64,000 bases of DNA from an uncultured Deinococcaceae bacterium (GTDB taxonomy: Bacteria; Deinococcota; Deinococci; Deinococcales; Deinococcaceae): the NCBI GenBank assembly GCA_964252075.1, contig CAXULY010000001.1, positions 183,787 through 247,786 on the forward strand. The letters run 5' to 3'. Below, piece after piece: positions 59,361-64,000 of this stretch. The position numbers were made by a program, and so were the translations under genes. Under the pieces are notes generated by a model that saw only the letters and a list, made by a program, of their open reading frames with translations, was not told where the DNA came from and ran no database searches. Positions within the stretch are counted from its first letter, which is position 1. The number at the start of each line of letters is the position of its first letter.

Positions 59361-60923
59361 ATGCAGGGCCTGCTGCCGTTCCAGCACGAACCGTACTTCA
59401 ACTTCGCGGACCCGCAGGTCGCGCAGCAGCAGCGGGACGCCTTCCGCGCCGTGCGCGAGCGCTTCGTGGGCCGCGGTTACCCCATGCTGATCGCGGGCGA
59501 GGCCGTCACGGACCGCGACACCTTCGAGGTCACGAACCCCGGCGACACCGCCGAGGTGCTGTGGCGCTTCCCCAAAGCGACGCCCGAGGACCTGGAGCGC
59601 GCCATCCGCGCGGCGAACGAGGCCTTCCAGACGTGGCGGTTCAGCGACCCGCTGCAGCGGTCCAGCATCATGCTGCGCGCCTCCGCGCTCCTGAAGGCGC
59701 GCCGCATGGAGCTGAACGCCATCATGTCGCTGGAGAACGGCAAGAACTGGGCGGAGGCGGACGGCGAGGTCGCGGAGTGCGTGGATCACTTCGAGGGCTT
59801 CGCGCGCGAGACCCTCAAGTGGGCGCAGGGAAAGGCCGTGGAGCCCATGCCGGACGAGCACGTGACGCTCGTGTACGAGCCCCTGGGGGTGGTGGCGGCC
59901 ATCTCGCCGTGGAATTACCCGGCGGCCATCCCGCTCGGCATGGCGCTCGGCGCGCTCGCGGCGGGCAACACCGTGGTGTGGAAGCCCGCGGGTGAGACGC
60001 CGCTGTGCAGCCTGTGGCTGATCGAGCTGCTGTTTGAAGCGGGCCTCCCGAAGGACGTCATTCAGTTCGTGACGGGCGACGACGCGGTGCTCGGCGATCC
60101 CCTCGTGGATCACCGGGACGTGCGGATGGTGGCGTTCACGGGGAGCCGTGAGATCGGGTGCCGCATCTACGAGCGCGCGGCGCGCGTGCAGCCCGGCCAG
60201 AAGTGGCTGAAGCGCGTGATCGCGGAGATGGGCGGCAAGGACCCCACCGTGGTGTGCGCGGACGCGGACCTGGACGCGGCGGCGCTCGGCATCGTGCAGG
60301 CGGCGTTCGGGTACGCGGGGCAGAAGTGCAGCGCGTGCTCGCGCGCCATCGTGGAGGACAGCGTGTACGACGCGGTGCTGGAGAAGGTGAAGGCGCTGAC
60401 GGAGCGCCTCACGGTGGGCCTCCCCGAGGAGAACGCGGCGGTCGGTCCGGTCATTCACGCGCAGAGCGGCGAGCGCATCATGGCGTACCTGCGGGACCTG
60501 CCGGACGGCGCGCGCATCGTGACGGGCGGGGGCCAGGCGGACGTGCCGGGCCGCGCGGGCGCGTATATCCAGCCGACCGTCGTGGCGGACGTGCCCGCGG
60601 ACTCCGCGATCTTCCAGGAGGAGGTGTTCGGGCCGGTCCTGACCTTCACGCGCGCGCGCGACTGGCGGCACGCCATTGAACTCGCGAACGACTCCGACTA
60701 CGGCCTCACCGCGAGCTTCTACAGCCGCGACCCCATGAAGGTGGACGCCGCGCGGCGCCTGATGCACGTGGGGAACCTGTACATCAACCGCAAGTGCACG
60801 GGCGCCATGAGCGGCACGCACGCCTTTGGCGGGTACGGCATGAGCGGCACGAACGCGAAGGTGGGCGGCCCGGATTACCTGTTCTGGTTCCTGCAGAGCA
60901 AGGTCGTCGCGCAGAAGTACTGA
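59361..60923 (+). CDS. Aldehyde dehydrogenase, 1-pyrroline-5-carboxylate dehydrogenase (PruA/RocA) family
   Basis: PFQHEPYFNF, ISPWNYP, FTGSREIG, AEMGGKD, AFGYAGQKCSACSR, EEVFGPV, GNLYINRKCTGA, FGGYGMSGTNAKVGGPDYL. Confidence 0.9.
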   Translation: MQGLLPFQHEPYFNFADPQVAQQQRDAFRAVRERFVGRGYPMLIAGEAVTDRDTFEVTNPGDTAEVLWRFPKATPEDLERAIRAANEAFQTWRFSDPLQRSSIMLRASALLKARRMELNAIMSLENGKNWAEADGEVAECVDHFEGFARETLKWAQGKAVEPMPDEHVTLVYEPLGVVAAISPWNYPAAIPLGMALGALAAGNTVVWKPAGETPLCSLWLIELLFEAGLPKDVIQFVTGDDAVLGDPLVDHRDVRMVAFTGSREIGCRIYERAARVQPGQKWLKRVIAEMGGKDPTVVCADADLDAAALGIVQAAFGYAGQKCSACSRAIVEDSVYDAVLEKVKALTERLTVGLPEENAAVGPVIHAQSGERIMAYLRDLPDGARIVTGGGQADVPGRAGAYIQPTVVADVPADSAIFQEEVFGPVLTFTRARDWRHAIELANDSDYGLTASFYSRDPMKVDAARRLMHVGNLYINRKCTGAMSGTHAFGGYGMSGTNAKVGGPDYLFWFLQSKVVAQKY

Positions 60924-60977
60924 AGTGTGAAGGGCGGCGCGGCCCCGCCCTTCGCCGCATGGCCGACAATAACCCTC

Positions 60978-61469
60978 ATGAGTGAACACCGTGATGATGG
61001 ATTCACCGCGCTCGCCCGCGTGCTGCCGAAACTCTTCCGTGGCGGGCAGGCGTACGTGGGCGTGCAGGCCAGCCTGTCGGGCCTCACGCCCGAGCAGGCG
61101 GCGGTGCGGCCGGAGGCCCTCCCCCACTCCGCCGCGGAGCTCCTCGCGCACGTGAACTGGTGGCTGGGGTGGATGCTGGACGTGATTGAGGTGGGGAACG
61201 TCCCGTACCCGGAGCACGCCAGCATCACGTGGCCAGCGGTGGGCGCCGCCGACTGGGAGCGCCTGCGCGGCGCGTTCTACGACCTGCTCGCGCGCGTGGA
61301 CACGCACACCGCCCGCCCGGACCTGCAGAACCCCGTGAATTTCGAGGAGACGCTCGGTGAGCTGCTCGCGGACTTCGCGGTGCACACCGCGTACCACTTC
61401 GGGCAGATCGTCACGGTCCGCCAGGCGATCGGCGCGTGGCCGCCCCCCGGCGGGGGCGACACGTGGTGA
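60978..61469 (+). CDS. DinB family protein
   Basis: LPHSAAELLAHVNWW, HTAYHFGQIVTVRQ. Confidence 0.88.
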   Translation: MSEHRDDGFTALARVLPKLFRGGQAYVGVQASLSGLTPEQAAVRPEALPHSAAELLAHVNWWLGWMLDVIEVGNVPYPEHASITWPAVGAADWERLRGAFYDLLARVDTHTARPDLQNPVNFEETLGELLADFAVHTAYHFGQIVTVRQAIGAWPPPGGGDTW

Positions 61470-61891
61470 CGCCGGACGCCCTCTCGAAGCTCTTCGCGGG
61501 CGGCGAGGCGAACGTGCGCTGGGAGCGCGCGCTGGAGGGCCTCAGCGCGCGGGAGGCCCTGATGGTGCCGGACGGCCTGCCGCACTCGGTGGCGCAGGTC
61601 CTCGCACACGTGGATTACTGGCAGGCGTGGCTGCTCGCCCGGCTGCGCGGCGAGCCCAACGCGTGGCCGGAGCACGCCGCGCAGGGCTGGCCCAACTCCA
61701 CGCTGGACACCTGGGAGGCGGACCGCGCGCGCTTCTTCACGAACCTGGAGGCGCTGCAGGCGGCCACCCAGCACCCCGACGACCAGTTGCTGGGCTTCGC
61801 GGCGCACGGCGTGTACCACCTGGGTCAGGTGGTCCTGATCCGGCAGGCGATCGGCGCGTGGCCCCCGCCGGGCGGCGGCGACACGTGGTGA
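61466..61891 (+). CDS. DinB family protein (paralogue of the upstream gene)
   Basis: LPHSVAQVLAHVDYWQ, HGVYHLGQVVLIRQ; GTG overlaps the upstream TGA. Confidence 0.88.
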   Translation: MTPDALSKLFAGGEANVRWERALEGLSAREALMVPDGLPHSVAQVLAHVDYWQAWLLARLRGEPNAWPEHAAQGWPNSTLDTWEADRARFFTNLEALQAATQHPDDQLLGFAAHGVYHLGQVVLIRQAIGAWPPPGGGDTW

Positions 61892-61919
61892 GGCGCGCGC
61901 CGCGCAGAAAGGATCTGTT

Positions 61920-63233
61920 GTGAGCAGCGTCTTTTACCGTTCCTCGAAACCCTACCCGGTCGCCGTGCGCGGCGAGGGCGTGTACCTGTGGGACGCCCAG
62001 GGCCGCCGGTACCTGGACGGCGCGTCCGGCGCGCTCGTCGCGAACCTCGGGCACGGTCAGGCGCGCATCGCGCAGGCCATGGCGGCGCAGGCGGGCACGT
62101 TGCCGTTCGTGCACGGCTCGCAGTTCTCCAGCGAGGTGTACGAGCGGTACGCGGCGCGCCTCGCGGCCCTGCTGCCCGCGCGCGGCTACCGCTTCTGGGC
62201 GGTATCGGGCGGGTCGGAGGCGACGGAGAGCGCCATCAAGCTCGCGCGGCAGTACCACGCGGAGCGCGGCGAGCCGGGCCGCTACCGCATCGTGACGCGG
62301 CGGCCCAGTTACCACGGTGCGAGCCTGGGGAGCCTCGCGGCGAGCGGCATGGGCGCGCGCCGCGCCCTGTACACGCCCCTCATGAACGAGGACGCCTGGC
62401 CGAAACTCACGAAGCCCGACCCCACCCTGGACGGCGCGCAGGACGCGCGCCGTCTGGAGGCGCTGCTGCAGGAGCTCGGGCCGGACACCGTCGCGGCGTT
62501 CATGGCGGAGCCCGTGGTGGGCGCCTCGGATGCCGCCCTCGCACCGAACGCCGGGTACGACGCGGAGGTGCGGCGCATCTGCACGCGCCACGGGGTGCTG
62601 TACATCGCGGACGAGGTCATGACGGGCCTCGGGCGGGCCGGGCACCCCTTCGCGTCGTTGCGCGAGGGCGCGCTGCCGGACCTCATCGTGCTCGGCAAGG
62701 GCCTCGCGGCGGGCTACGCGCCACTCGCGGGCCTGCTGGCCTCCCCGGAGGTGTTCGGGGCGGTCATGCACGGCTCGGGGGCCTTCAAGCACGGCTTCAC
62801 GTACGCGGGGCACCCGGTGAGCCTCGCGGCGGGCGAGGCGGCGCTGGACATCGTGGAGGAGCAGGACCTCGTGCAGCGCAGCCACGACCTTGGCGCGCGC
62901 CTGCTCATGGGCCTGCGCGGCCTGCAGCGGCGCCACCCCGTCATTCTGGAGGCGCGCGGGCACGGCCTGATGCTGGGCCTCGTGCTGGGCGACCCGGACA
63001 CCGGTGAGGCCTTCGCGGCGCCGGGCATTGCGGACCGCCTGGCGCGGGCGGCCTTCGAGCGGGGCCTCATCACGTACCCGGGTTCCGGCGCGGTGGACGG
63101 CGTGCGCGGCGATCACCTGCTGCTCGGCCCGCCCCTCACCACCACGGATGACGAGGCGGACGAATTCCTGGCGCTGCTCGACGAGGCGCTCGGCGCGGTT
63201 GGTCATGAACGGGCGGGCGTGCTGGGCGGTTAA
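61920..63233 (+). CDS. Class III aminotransferase, BioA/YodT-like
   Basis: YLDGASGA..ANLGHG, SGGSEATE, SYHGASLG, EPVVGA, ADEVMTGLGR, GKGLAAGYAPL, HGFTYAGHP. Confidence 0.92.
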   Translation: MSSVFYRSSKPYPVAVRGEGVYLWDAQGRRYLDGASGALVANLGHGQARIAQAMAAQAGTLPFVHGSQFSSEVYERYAARLAALLPARGYRFWAVSGGSEATESAIKLARQYHAERGEPGRYRIVTRRPSYHGASLGSLAASGMGARRALYTPLMNEDAWPKLTKPDPTLDGAQDARRLEALLQELGPDTVAAFMAEPVVGASDAALAPNAGYDAEVRRICTRHGVLYIADEVMTGLGRAGHPFASLREGALPDLIVLGKGLAAGYAPLAGLLASPEVFGAVMHGSGAFKHGFTYAGHPVSLAAGEAALDIVEEQDLVQRSHDLGARLLMGLRGLQRRHPVILEARGHGLMLGLVLGDPDTGEAFAAPGIADRLARAAFERGLITYPGSGAVDGVRGDHLLLGPPLTTTDDEADEFLALLDEALGAVGHERAGVLGG

Positions 63234-64000
63234 CCCTGCGCCTCCGGATGGTCTCGCCTGCCCGCGAAGAACCCGCTGAGGAGCCGCGCGGCCTCGCGGG
63301 CGCGCACGCTGGACAGCACCTCCAGCCGCTGCCCCCAGGGGGCGCGGTTCAGGTCCATCACGCCGCCCAGCGCGCCCAGCTTGGGGTTCGGCGCGCCGTA
63401 CACGACGCGCGCCACGCGCGCCTCAATCACCGCGCCGAAGCACATGGGGCACGGCTCCAGCGTCACGACCAGCGTGCAGTCCGTCAGGTACGGCGTGCCG
63501 AGCGCGGCGGTGGCGGCGCGCAGGGCCTCCACCTCGGCGTGGTGCGTCATGTCGCCGCGCGCGCGGCTGCGGTTTCGCCCGCGCGCGATCACCTCGCGCC
63601 CGCGCACCACCACCGCGCCCACCGGCACCTCGCCCGCGCCCGCCGCGGCGCGCGCCTCCAGGAGCGCCTCCCCCATCTCCGCGTGCCAGGGCGGCGGCAC
63701 CGCGCCGCCCGCACCTTCAGCCCAGACGGGCGGGTCCAGGCCCACCCAGGTCACGCGCGCGCCATCCGCGAGGAGCCACACGTGATCGCGGTCCGCGCGC
63801 GGCACCTTCCGGTCCGTCAGCACGTCACTCAGCTTGCGCGTGCCCCCTGGCAGGCGGATGCGGTCGCCCGGCAGGCGGTGGCGGAGCGTCAGGCCGGGCG
63901 GCACGGGAAAGTCCGGGCGCGCGTGCGCCGCGGGCCCCGTGTGCAGGTGCCCGCCCGTGACGGTTACACCCCGGGCGCCCGGCAGGTCCAGGTGCAGTGT
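63230..64000 (-). CDS. tilS: TilS-TadA fusion: TilS C-terminal domain plus tRNA adenosine deaminase (5' part outside the window)
   Basis: Frame is open to the window edge; HRLPGDRIRLPGGTRKLSDVLTDRKVPR..RD (TilS_C), then GEVPVGAVVV, HAEVEAL and TLEPCPMC (TadA). Confidence 0.88.
   Translation of the reverse strand, partial: TLHLDLPGARGVTVTGGHLHTGPAAHARPDFPVPPGLTLRHRLPGDRIRLPGGTRKLSDVLTDRKVPRADRDHVWLLADGARVTWVGLDPPVWAEGAGGAVPPPWHAEMGEALLEARAAAGAGEVPVGAVVVRGREVIARGRNRSRARGDMTHHAEVEALRAATAALGTPYLTDCTLVVTLEPCPMCFGAVIEARVARVVYGAPNPKLGALGGVMDLNRAPWGQRLEVLSSVRAREAARLLSGFFAGRRDHPEAQG

Overview
GC-rich (~70%) bacterial chromosome segment, most likely Deinococcus. Supporting signs are an Nqo15 homologue, a PCC13-62-like desiccation protein, a TilS-TadA fusion, an ALHH-type IleRS2 and many apparently leaderless genes. 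Most of the window is housekeeping or metabolic: rho, T-box-controlled ileS, argS, nusB, nadE/nadM, methylmalonyl-CoA mutase plus MeaB, an Opp/Dpp ABC operon, secG/tRNA-Leu(CAA), purD/purN, citrate synthase, xylR-xylA-xylB, an NCS2 purine permease and a large ExeM-type lipoprotein nuclease. I found no IS element, prophage or CRISPR array. The most interesting part is 54.3-63.2 kb: lysine 2,3-aminomutase, a GabT-like aminotransferase, a divergent Lrp regulator with tandem palindromic boxes, a P5C-dehydrogenase paralogue, two DinB proteins and a YodT/BioA-like aminotransferase. Together these could encode an aerobic lysine -> beta-lysine -> 3-aminoadipate -> 3-oxoadipate route (inference only). 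Other leads are a Rex/CRP-like operator before an unannotated 38-aa ORF, a tandem-hairpin leader on the purine permease, a NadM with a deleted Nudix box, and a MerR-transglutaminase module with a 19-bp-spacer promoter. All family assignments come from motif recognition by eye; no searches were run.
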